From the NCBI GenBank assembly GCA_051047955.1, contig JBPGPT010000021.1:294079-314078 (forward strand): 20,000 nt of DNA, given 5' to 3'. Below, piece by piece: positions 1-9,668 of the stretch (position 1 is the first letter of the stretch; the number at the start of each line of letters is the position of its first letter). A program made the position numbers and the translations under genes. The notes beneath the pieces were generated by a model that was not told where the DNA came from, did not search any database, and worked only from the letters and a program-made list of their open reading frames with translations. The stretch is from Cystobasidiomycetes sp. EMM_F5 (Eukaryota).

Positions 1-1625
1 TCTGTGCGGTAGAAAGGACCAAAGTGCTCTTCGAAAAACGTCTTTTGTTGAGCAAGCTCCGAGTCTTGGGATACCCAGAGACGAACGGGATCTTTCTCGA
101 TTGCGAACCTTGCCCATCCGCCATTGAGAGCGCCGCAAATGACAAGGCCTGTCAATATAGTTGTGACTGGCCAGGTGGCACATCCTAAGCCGAGGCGGTA
201 AAAGGCATTGCTCAGAACAGTGTTCAAGCGGTATGTGCGTGGCTGAGCGTAGCTGCCCGCTAGGTCGCCAGACAAAAGTGAGGCACCCTGTCCTAGCCTC
301 TGCCTAGATAATGAATTCTGCTGACTGTCAGAGTCCGGCATATTGGCGGATGATGATCCAGATTGCAGGCGTCTGGAGCTGGAAGACCGTGTGCGCACGC
401 TATCGCCATCATATGATTGCTGGGTAGACCCCGCTCCTACCAGAGAGCGTAATTTGGTTGTCCACCTTGGTCTGTCTAATCGAACTTGTCCATCGTTCTC
501 TGGTGCCAGCGGGTCCTGCAGTCCCATTCCATCGTTCGAAGTAGGGGAATCCGGGGGAAGATGTATTCTACCTGTACCAGCACTCTTGTTTGGAAAGAAG
601 GAATGCCTCCTCAGCCATAAATCTCGTATGCCAATTCCAGCTACGAAAGACACGAGGACGATTGCATATGCGAGGATGAGAAAGAAGGATCCGCACGTTA
701 GAACACCTATGTGACAATGAGACTCTGTATCTGGTAGGGCAGGAAGCGAGAGACATCTGGCAGGGCAGTCCGTACACGCGCACGCGATATTGGGATCTGA
801 GGATGCGCATGACAGAGGTTCGAGGTTTATTGGGGACAGCTTCGGGTCGACAGTGCCGTTAACTTCGTTTGCAGGCTGTGGAAAATTGATTTGGAAAGGC
901 GAGCCAAGTCCAGGACGCTATGGGCGAGTTCGCCAGAATTAGCTTGTCGTTGTGCGGTGGTCAATCATTAGTGCAAGACAGCTTACCTCTTTGCCCATAT
1001 ACCGTAGAAAGGACAGCCAGTCCTTTGCACCCCCTCCGATGAATTCCATGGCAAAGCCATTAGTGGCGGCAAACTTGACGTCTTTACACGCATCAAAGAA
1101 TGCTTTGCCGAATACTTCGTCGACGTGTAGTTCGAGGCTTTTGACAGCCGGTCCTCTGGAATCGCCTAGATCCTGCACTTGACTGACAGTCACAAAAGTG
1201 CTCTGGTCAGGCGAGCAGGTGAATGCGCAATAGAAGTTCCTGAAGGATGTGCTGCACGCAGGGCACATTGCAATGAAAGCTTGCGCCTGCTGTAGACTTT
1301 GAGATAGCGTCTGCAGGCTGGCTTCATTGCAGCACGTTGATGTCCATGACGCGGCCACTTCAGGACCACACACTGCTTCCAACGTTGCTGTAAATGTCGC
1401 TCCGCGTTCAGATGCTGCTACAGCGAGCTCATTGCGCACGCAAGGTAACGGCGTCCCAAAAGCTCCACCCTTGCTGCCGCAGGTTTCGCTGGATAACGAA
1501 CATCGTCCGGCTTCTCGGACCGTATCTTGCCCCCAGCGGGTGTCATTCGAAGTCAGTGCAGACACCGATCTCAGCCAGGCCAGAGCTATCAGTGTCAGCC
1601 AGCTTGTAGGCACATCACGCATCAT
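1..1625 (-). CDS. NCR1: Niemann-Pick C1-like sterol transporter (NCR1/NPC1), N-terminal part; runs off the window. Exon 1 1625-987, intron 986-918, exon 2 917-<1
   Basis: Signal peptide, then the Cys-rich NPC1 N-terminal domain (TCCNEASLQTL, CPACSTSFRNFYCAFTCSPDQSTF, FFDACKDVKF). GTAAGC...GCTAAT...TAG intron joins to RPGLGSPFQINFP, CACTDCP, a TM helix, then DPVRLWVS...FFEEHFGPFYRT, all NPC1-family motifs. Confidence 0.95.
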
Positions 1626-1871
1626 GATGGCAGCATTGATGTTATCTGGACAATGTAAGCTGAGACAAATGCACCTCCATCACAACCGCCACAACGTCCA
1701 TCATGCGAAATACGCCTGACCGTTGCTTTTCTTACAGCAACTGGATGGCGTAAACTATTGCTACATTCTGAAACACTGAAACTGCAAGTTTGTCTGCTCT
1801 TTTGCTTTCTTTGCGTTTGGCTTCGTTTAGCCTTTGTTTTTCCTCTTTCTTTCGGCATTATGCGGCTACCC

Positions 1872-2787
1872 TCAGTGCGACGAGATGGTGCGAGCGAGTT
1901 TCTGCCCTGCTTCAGCTGCAGCACGCTTCGCATCCTCATCTCCGTGAAGAATGTCAAAGGACGGCTTGCGCTGCTTTGCTGCACCAACGGGTGCACCCTC
2001 AGGTGCCTTCACTGCGGGGACTCTTCCAAGCTTTTGTACGGCAGCTTGGAAGAGGTCCTCCTCGTAGGCATCTCCGTTGGCGGACGAGGTACCGACAAAG
2101 TCTGCCCCGCTGCCTAAATTGAAGGTTCCCTCCTCGTCACTGCCGGACAGAACTGAGTCGTGGATGTAGGTGATGAGATACAGCTTCTTGGACGAAAAGT
2201 GATCTTTGAGGTAGGCAGCTCCAGCTTGAACGTCGGCAGAGATGACTTCGGACGAAGCGGCCGATGCGTCTTTGTAGTCTAGACGCAGTGCGGGTACCTC
2301 TGCGGATTTTGCAAACTTGTCGCCGAGGGTGGAGAAGAGGCCTGGTAGCCAGCACGTCAGCACTAGCGTTACGTTTGAGAGCAGGACTTTGGCTCAGCTA
2401 CCATTTGGTCCAGATTGGCCATCAGCATTTCCGACGGAGATGAGGATGACTGCCTCGTCCGAGTAGGTCTGATCACGGCCTGCGTGAATGGTAGCGGGTG
2501 CCGAGTGGTCTGTGGGCTGCAGTGACAGCAGTACGGATAGGGTAAGCCTGGCATGACGCGAGAATAGGGGGTTTATGCTAGCGTACCGTCTGCGGAGCGG
2601 ATGGAGGTCAGCCAGAGCAGTGATATATACTCACGCTCGTCACTACACTTACAGCTACACGGATGTAGGGCTTTGTAGCCAGCGTCTTGGATCGCGGACG
2701 CTGAGCGAAACCCGTGGAAGGGGGTGAGGTCGCGAGGGCGCTGGGTGATCCAACAGTAAACTTGTTACCTTTGCGTGGGGAGCTCAT
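1872..2787 (-). CDS. Hypothetical protein with a partial/degenerate alpha/beta-hydrolase-like domain; 5' exon structure uncertain; last intron 2401-2342
   Basis: ATG at 2787 (MSSPRKG...). Spliced C-terminal part reads EAVILISVGNADGQSGPNG|LFSTLGDKFAKSAEVPALRLDYKDA...ADVQAGAAYLKDHFSSKKLYLI, resembling a fungal hydrolase family recalled as AILISGAGGGxxGPxxIYxSLADKLA...RLDY...YL. Stop TGA at 1874-1872. Confidence 0.6.
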
Positions 2788-3146
2788 CGTGGAGTAGCTG
2801 TGCAGAGTTGTGGGCGCCTTGTAACTGTTTGGAGTAGTAGTTGCGTTGAATTGGAAATGGTCAAGCTGGAACAAGGGGAATAATGCAGTTCGAGATAGCC
2901 GGAGGTATATAGTGCTAGAATGAGACAAACAAGCAGCCGACGGTGTTGACGATACATTCAGTAGGCTGCTAAACACAAGCCATGGTATGCTCATACCACG
3001 CTGGAACTGCACCCAGCCTAGGCTGGCTCGTGTGGCGAAGAGAGATGGGACATCAGCTGGTCCATTTGCCTCAAGTTGACCATTTTCCGACTGCGAAAGC
3101 AATTCCATAGCAAAATCAATCCGAACAAACCAAGTCACTGCCTATC

Positions 3147-3944
3147 ATGTCGAACCAGCTCAAAGGATTCGCATACCGTGAGCACAATTTGCTGGACGAA
3201 GGAGCCGCCAGACCTCGACTGAGACTGATTTTGAATTTGGCACTCTGTGACATTCTCAGTCCGCAAGCACTGGTATGCTACCGAAGCGCTCCCAATTGTC
3301 GCCGTTATCGGTGTAGCTGTAGGAGGTAGGTTGTCGGATACTCACACGGAGCAAGTCGGCCAGGCGCTCCAAGTCGAGCAGCAACGGTTTCGCTCGAGCT
3401 AGGCAACAGCAGTCAAGAAAGCCGAGTAATTGGGCCAAGCGGAGGACGAAAGTCATGTCTTTAGGCACCTGCCGCGTGCTGGTCTTGATAATTGCTGCCA
3501 ACGGCATCGCAAAAGACCAGTCGACAATCTCTGCCTGGTCGGCCCCGCTCGACTGAATGCCTCCAGCTGCCGGAACGAGAACAGATCTGCCGACTGCCGT
3601 GCAATCTACGTCTGTCAAGCTGATACCCGGATGCCCTGTCTGCAGGATGCGCTTGGTATCTCACCCGCCTGGCTCGAGGACCGGATGTCGTCTGGGATCG
3701 CAAAGGCAACGTGAGTGGAGAAGCAGCCTGCTGTACACATTGTTTCGCGATTCAACCAGCTAATGACTGCCTTTATCCAGCCCGAACCGTGGCAGAACGT
3801 CGACCCCAACAGCAACACTAAGCTTTCAGCCGTAAACCACAAGTTCGATAAAGAGTACAAGCGGAAGGAGGTGAGGCGACATGACCTGAAGGCGCTTGCT
3901 GATACACATCAACTGATGATCAAATTTATCTGCATCAGTGGTAA
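3147..3944 (+). CDS. NDUFA4: NDUFA4/MLRQ (B12D family) respiratory-chain subunit, 85 aa. Exons 3147-3177, 3260-3325, 3646-3710, 3781-3870, 3939-3944
   Basis: Spliced product MSNQLKGFAYLRKHWYATEALPIVAVIGVAVGGCAWYLTRLARGPDVVWDRKGNPEPWQNVDPNSNTKLSAVNHKFDKEYKRKEW*. The ExxP-TM helix and LARGPDVVWDRKxNPEPW are MLRQ/B12D signatures. All four introns are GT..AG and the phases close (258 nt in total). Confidence 0.92.
3349..3550 (+). ncRNA. Candidate structured intronic RNA (possible H/ACA snoRNA) in intron 2 (3326-3645) of the NDUFA4-like gene
   Basis: Outer stem GTCGGCCAGGC(3355-3365)/GCCTGGTCGGC(3533-3543). Hairpins TCGAGC/GCTCGA (3374-3397) and GCTGGTCTT/AAGACCAGT (3478-3521). ANANNA motif ACAGCA at 3406-3411 and ACA at 3524-3526. 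Folded by eye only. Confidence 0.45.
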
Positions 3945-4172
3945 GCTTCCACACCTCCTGGCGCAATCTCAGACTACTTTTATTCGACTATCCGCATTGT
4001 ATGCTAGCGAGCCTGTAGCCTCTGGATAACCTGCTACAATTGAGAACCTTGATACATCTATATGGCTCTGCTACATGATCGGCTATAACCAAGCCTGCAG
4101 CCTCGAATAAATTTAGCAGATGCAATCCTATTACCGCAGAACTGACTTGCGGCGTGAATGCTGCGGCTCAGT

Positions 4173-5696
4173 TCAATACTCACTCCCACTCTCCCAAGTT
4201 CTTTCCAGCTCCTCGGCTTCAATTTGCTTTTCGAAAGCAATCTGGTCTTCCGTCAAGACGAATTCGCCCATCTCGTCCATGTCTGCTAAATCGAAATCAT
4301 CTCCCTCGGAGCTAGCTTCATCGTCTGCGATGCTATTCATTAACGCCCGGTCGCCGGTCCAGCTGATTCCCTTGCTTGCGAGGAGTCCCGACAGAGCTAC
4401 ACAATCATTACGGGGCCAAGACCATATTTGCGCCTCGCCTCGCTGACCTTGAAGCTGGAGCAGCCCGCGGATATTCTGACGACGAGGCTCTTCGCTCGCG
4501 TGGATATGTATCAACATCTGTCGGTTGCCGTCGCCGCACACGGGCATGTCGCGAAATGATGCAAGGAGCAGAGTTGGTGACAACTTCGGTGTGAACAGCA
4601 ACTCGAGCGTCGTGAGGTTGGTAAGAACGTCTGAAGGGATTGAAAGCCAGTGCTGTTCGGTAATGGCATGACCTCCCAGGCTCAGGCTTTTCAATGTTTT
4701 GAGAGCGGTAAACGGATAAGAAGCGGACGTATGAGTCTTGACTGCATCGTCATCCTGGCTCGTATCCAAAGCTCCTTCATCGCCTTCAAAGCCAAAGACT
4801 GCCAATTTAGGTGCTGCTTGTATGATCGTTTGTTTAAGCACCTCGCGGAGTGGCCTGGCGTCAGAATGGGTTTGTGTCGCTATGTCTTGTAGGTAGCTGT
4901 ATTTCAAGATGTTCAAGGACGAGTGCTTGAGACTTTCGGTCATCATCCATTCAAGAGCTGGTCCAGAGATGATACACTCGCCCAGGACGAGCGAGACTAG
5001 CCGGAACTGCGGCCTCTGCAGTATGTCGTAATTTCCCTCGAACGCTTGAAATGAGCACTTCCATAAATCCAAGTGAGTCAGATGCTGAAAAGCGAGGAAG
5101 GACGGGAGAAATATCTCCGGAGGTAAAGAGAGTGTGAAGGTCGCACAGCTCAGGAGAATTTCATGCTCGGCAGAATCTGGGAATGGTGCTTGCGGAATGA
5201 CCGTGAGAGACTGTAGGTTCGTAAGCTTGGGAAGGGACGTCGGCAGTAAGTTTGTCTCGTATTTCAGCTCTGCCAGGTTGCGGTATACGAGCTCAAAGAC
5301 CCTGCTAATGCGGTCTTCTTCGGTGTTGACGCTTTCCAAGACTAACTTTCTTGTGCGAGTCGGAATAGGCGTCGATGAAATTGCAGTATCGTCTTGATAA
5401 GAGTTGATGATCTTGCGTTGTGGGGCGCCCTCACGCTCTCGTACGGCGACAGCACGAATGAGGGAAGCGTATCTATCAGGGTTGGCCTCCAATACCTTGA
5501 GCAGCTTGATTCCCTTTGGAGAGATCTCATACGCCAATTTCTGGTAGATCTTGCGCAGACTCTGTGCACTGAACGCCTTGCAGACTCGCCCAAGTAGCAG
5601 CAATCGCAGCCGTCTTTTCTGTCTCGTCGGCGCCTCCGATGACGAAATGTCAATAACTTTGGCCAGGACCTCCGGCGGCAGCTCCAAGATGTGCAT
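4173..5696 (-). CDS. F-box-like / leucine-rich-repeat (RNI-like) protein, 507 aa, apparently intronless
   Basis: Long ORF. N-terminal ILELPPEVLAKVI...LGRVCKAF is F-box-like, followed by LxxLxxLxL repeats (LTNLQSLTV, FQHLTHLDL, LKTLKSLSL, LTNLTTLEL) and an acidic C-terminal tail. Confidence 0.75.
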   Translation of the reverse strand: MHILELPPEVLAKVIDISSSEAPTRQKRRLRLLLLGRVCKAFSAQSLRKIYQKLAYEISPKGIKLLKVLEANPDRYASLIRAVAVREREGAPQRKIINSYQDDTAISSTPIPTRTRKLVLESVNTEEDRISRVFELVYRNLAELKYETNLLPTSLPKLTNLQSLTVIPQAPFPDSAEHEILLSCATFTLSLPPEIFLPSFLAFQHLTHLDLWKCSFQAFEGNYDILQRPQFRLVSLVLGECIISGPALEWMMTESLKHSSLNILKYSYLQDIATQTHSDARPLREVLKQTIIQAAPKLAVFGFEGDEGALDTSQDDDAVKTHTSASYPFTALKTLKSLSLGGHAITEQHWLSIPSDVLTNLTTLELLFTPKLSPTLLLASFRDMPVCGDGNRQMLIHIHASEEPRRQNIRGLLQLQGQRGEAQIWSWPRNDCVALSGLLASKGISWTGDRALMNSIADDEASSEGDDFDLADMDEMGEFVLTEDQIAFEKQIEAEELERTWESGSEY

Positions 5697-6215
5697 ATTG
5701 GTATCGACAGCTGCAATTATATTGTCATCATGTACATGCAGTGGGACGCGTGAAGCAGACGACAGCCAGCGGTCGGCTCACTGAAGAAACGCGTTACGAG
5801 TCTGAAGAGCGAAGTAAACAAAGAGAACGACCGTACAGCTCGAAGCCGCATCTACCAAAAGACAGCAAAAGCAGCAGACAGCACTTTCCGGTTCTCTTTG
5901 CGACTTCACAGCGCCTTTCTGATCCCCTTGCCCCGGACTTGCTCCTCTCCTTCAGGGGCCTAACGTCGAAGGCTGGCTGAAAGTTTCTATGAATCGTTTT
6001 CCTTTGCTCAAGCGCGCCCGCGCAGTCGGCGAGTCTGCAACACTCGATCTGCGTCAGCCTGCCACTTTGCGGCTCCCACTTTAAGTCGCGTTGCGCGTGT
6101 CTCTTGGCTCTCTTGCATCCGCTTTCCACAACTTTTCGTTCGGTACACCACAACTTCAACATCAGCTTGTCTGCAGTAGTACTTTCACACATCCCATACA
6201 TCTACCTATACCATC

Positions 6216-6701
6216 ATGCCTTCGTCCTCGCGTCGATCCCGCAAGGCCACGGCGAAATACTCAGCGAAGTATCTTTCGGCTGGTCCGGATTACTCCAAAT
6301 GGGAGGCGCCTAACAGCGTCTTTGACGAGGCTCGTCAGTACGTATCTGCAGCTCCAATGATAGTGAGTCGTTTGTTAAACAAACTGGTGTTCAGTAAGTA
6401 CATCAGCTGACTCGGTCTTCAGATCCATCATCCAGCTCCTGCGCCAGTGTATCGTCAAGTACCCGTCATCATGCTCACCCCACCAACGTATATCGAGGCT
6501 CAGAATCAGCACTACATTATGTCACTGCGCGCCCTCGCACAGACTGCTACCACAGCAGCGCATACAGAGATACGAGCTCTGGATATGCTGTTGACACCGC
6601 AGTACTTCCACGTCTGCAGGGCTGAGATTGAACAGCGTGTAGCCATCCTCAATACTGCTGTTGGAATTAGCTGGAACGCTGCAAAGGCTGCAGACATGTG
6701 A
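6216..6701 (+). CDS. Hypothetical protein (about 140 aa); exons 6216-6362 and 6423-6701; 3' end uncertain
   Basis: ATG in CATCATG context. GTGAGT...GCTGAC...CAG intron (6363-6422) joins the two ORF-track fragments in frame (..AAPMI|IHHPAPAPVYRQVPVIMLTPP..). No recognisable domain. Confidence 0.5.
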
Positions 6702-7393
6702 GTAGTCTTCCAAATGCTCGATCTGAACGCTGCTGAAGGGTAGGTCAAACATGCAGCCTGGCGCTAGCCTGAATACCCCGACGTTCGTTTTTCAACTTGC
6801 CGTTTCTAGTCGCGGCAGTGCCGTCGTTGTCGTTAGCTGTTTCCTTGACCTGGTGGTCGGACCCAACCGGCCGGTTCAATTAATTTTCTTGTCTTCACGA
6901 GAGCAGTCGGTAAAGCTAGAGTAGTTTGAAGTTTCCATCATGTCATTGAGTCGATGCTCATCGATGCGAAGTCAGCCTGTTCAGAGACATGCCCGCATGT
7001 GCATGTGGTAAGTTGCTTTGCATGAACAGCCCGAGATCGTTTGGAAGGCTTGCTTGTAGTGACAATCCAATCGTTGACGAGGTTGCTAAACGGTCTCAAC
7101 CTGTGCTGTTATCGGCAGCATAGCATCCAGTCGAGTGAGGGATCATCGTTGACAAGAGCCAGCCCGTCTCATCTTCATCACCTCAAGAAGACCTGCACCA
7201 CAAACGCGTGCAATCGCTTCGACTTAGTTTCAGTCTAATGCTAATCCAGTCTGATATCCATACGGAGTACGCTAATAACAACGCTACTGCACTGCGTGAT
7301 GCAATTATCGAATATGATAATGAGTATGATAACGTCACACTAATACCTACAGTCTACGTTTCCGACTATATTCTCAGATCCAGTCTGGTCGTG

Positions 7394-8577
7394 TCATTGC
7401 CTGCTCTCCTTCATAATGGAGTTGTTGAGGGATCCTTGTAAAGAGCGTTCCATGCTTGGCGTTCCTTCCCGCGACACCTGCTGGCCCTCATTGTTCGCTT
7501 TGGCGTATCGTTGCGCGACTTCTGTACCAATCTTGTACACCACCCATGCCCCGTACACTTGTACTCCCATCAATACCACGAGAAACATGACCACGATGAC
7601 GCTGTAGGCGATATCTGTGGCTGTTTGGTGAAATTGCGCCTGCTTGAGCGCCCACCAGACGAGCAGATAGATGCCAAAAGCAAACTTGGCAATACTGCAA
7701 AGCAGGTCGACTTAAGCGGATTCCGACGCAAGGGCGACGTGCTGTGACTTACAATGATTGTACCGCGGAGAAGTACAGCGCCCACGCAACGATGCGAGCG
7801 TTGACACGAAACCGATCTACCTCAGCAAAGGATCAGTTGAGCTTTGGTGGGCGTCTACGAATTCACTCACACATCAGCAACGCTACGAACACCGACTGCT
7901 CTGTCGTGGCTTGGAATTGCCATAATAGACCGGTGACGATCAAAGATGGGTGTGTCGAGTGCGCTTGGACAGAGATGAGCTACAGAGGATTGATGAGCTG
8001 ATGCTCACTAGGGGTGGCAACAGCTGTCCGAAGCACTCACGAAGAATATAACGAAGAGCGTGCACAAGTGATGCGTGATCATCTGCCATCGCATCGACTC
8101 CCGATACGAAAGCTCAAAGAGGTATAGGCCAGCGATGAGTGCAGCACCAACGCGTATCAGGTCTAAGCGCTCCGTGGTGAGTTGCTGCGCAAGCACTGGA
8201 GTGGCCAATAATTCGACTATCAGCGCTGCTGTTGTCGCTACGATGTTGAGAACGTATATGACGACTGTTCGCTGGATGTCAAAAGAAAGTTGCCGATAGG
8301 TGTGCGAGGAGTGGTGAAGTGCTGCCTCGACGAACTTTGCAGATATGTAGAGAAGTCCAAAATACACAAAGACCGGCACGGCTGCGAGGGGCAAAAGAGC
8401 GTCAGCAGTCAAGTCCGGTAGGTGCCGCCATCAAAGGCTACATAGAAATTGTTGTAACTCACGAAACCATGCCACGCGTGTTTCGCTGGCGCTTCGCGTC
8501 GTTTCCTTGATCAAGGTGTCAATAGCCTCAGGCGATAAGCTTTGCCAGTCGCTCGGCAACGATGGGAGAGATTGCAT
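7394..8577 (-). CDS. Multi-pass membrane protein of unknown function, TLC-domain-like; 5 exons (introns about 8462-8382, 8040-7980, 7870-7817, 7752-7695)
   Basis: Spliced product MQSLPSLPSDW...AWF|PVPVFVYFGLL...LYLFELSYRESMRWQMITHHLCTLFVIFF|LISVQ...WQFQATTEQSVFVALLM|YRF...SAVQS|FIAKFAFGIYLLVWW...GVQVYGAWVVYKI. It has 6-7 hydrophobic helices and the ELxYR, HH and TEQ motifs. Canonical splice sites with consistent phases. Confidence 0.75.
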
Positions 8578-8909
8578 CTTGACGGCTGCAGGGCTCCTGA
8601 ATAGAGTAGGCTCAAGGCAGGTGGTAAGCGCTCTTCCTTGCAGCGCTAGATCCTAGTCGACGGGTTTACGCGAATGGACTGTTTAGTCGTCGAAATCTCG
8701 CCGTATAGAGTGCGTTGAACTGGTTCAGCGGTCCCGAGGGCTGCCGCATTACGACGGGGGTCCAACAGATTTGCACTCGTAATTACGAGGAGGCCTCTAC
8801 ACTTTTGCTGGCAGTCAATCTCTTGAAGGGTTCCCTGCGGCACGCGTCCGTGCTGAAAGTGCCATTGCCCCCCTCGCCGACCCCCGAGCTCATGCTGAAG
8901 CTGGCCAGT

Positions 8910-9309
8910 CTATTGCGTGTCTGGGCCATACCGGTGTCGCACTGAAAGTTTAAAAGAGCATTTCGACGTCTGCTCAGCATGCCAAACATGCAAAGAATGA
9001 TGAAGTCCGTAAATTCCTCACTCTGCCTGTACTTTTTCAGGGAATACAGCGCCAGGAGCTCCCTCTTGATGTACTCTGCCTTGTCGATGGCACGCTGCAG
9101 CTCATCGTCGTTCGCTGCACGCTGACCAGCCGCCAGGAAGCACTGGTGCAGCCGCTTATTGAATCCGTATGCTGCATCGGGATACTCGCGCCCAAGGAAA
9201 TGGAGCTGGAGTTGCATCAGACCTGAACGCTAGCATTTGTCGACATTGTGACTCTGCACACCTCTTTGTAGAGCTGACGAGCACGATGCCGGAGTACGAG
9301 ACTTGTCAT
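8910..9309 (-). CDS. LYRM5: LYR-motif protein LYRM5/ETFRF1-like (electron-transfer flavoprotein regulatory factor). Exons 9309-9262, 9205-9022, 8941-8910
   Basis: Spliced product MTSLVLRHRARQLYKE|LHFLGREYPDAAYGFNKRLHQCFL...AIDKAEYIKRELLALYSLKKYRQ|MRHRYGPDTQ*, matching the LYRM5 pattern LYK.L..LGR.YP...RL...F...ALY.LKKYR.M..RY. Confidence 0.88.
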
Positions 9310-9668
9310 AGTCGCCAGGCGACGAGACGTGATGAACTGGAAGGCACAGCACGGCCACTTTACGCGCCGTCGGACATTGCCCGCAACCTTCGAGGACCGA
9401 CACGACAATGATGAACAACGTAATATTGCTGACCATGTCTCAGCCTACAACCGTGAATGACCTGTTTAAATCGCTCGTCTAGACCCGGTAACATTATTCG
9501 GCCGGCATGATGATGACGGATGACGAGGGATTTGCAGACTTTTCGCTATATCGCCGAACATGTCCGCACGAGATACGTAAAGCGCACCTATCAAGGTACA
9601 CATTGTCCACATCCAGCCAACTGCTCGTTTCTCTCCTGTTCCTCCGTGTTGGGAGGACCAGATCCGCA

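Noticed and set aside
343..2122. Plus-strand ORFs (343-714, 1327-1719, 1758-2117, 1790-2122)
   Set aside because: Antisense shadows of NCR1 and the neighbouring gene, with no recognisable protein features.
2788..3138. N-terminal extension of the 176-aa ORF 2608..3138
   Set aside because: It starts at a non-ATG codon and spans the divergent promoter region; the ATG at 2787 is the more plausible start.
3273..3322. Apparent GTATGC...TAG intron in the NDUFA4-like gene
   Set aside because: Reading through it gives the conserved WYATEALP-TM helix, so it is exon sequence.
3326..3645. TPP riboswitch, group I intron, hammerhead, RNase P/MRP, SRP or U1 identity for the structured intron
   Set aside because: The required cores (CUGAGA, P/Q/R/S elements, CUGAUGA, GAAAGUCCCC with its P4 partner, SRP helix-8 motif, AUACUUACCUG) are not present. 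Only partial look-alikes such as GAAAGTC and ATACTCAC occur.
5741..6201. ORFs 5741-5980 (+) and 5794-6201 (-)
   Set aside because: They lie in the divergent promoter/UTR region between two genes, with no domain or splice support.
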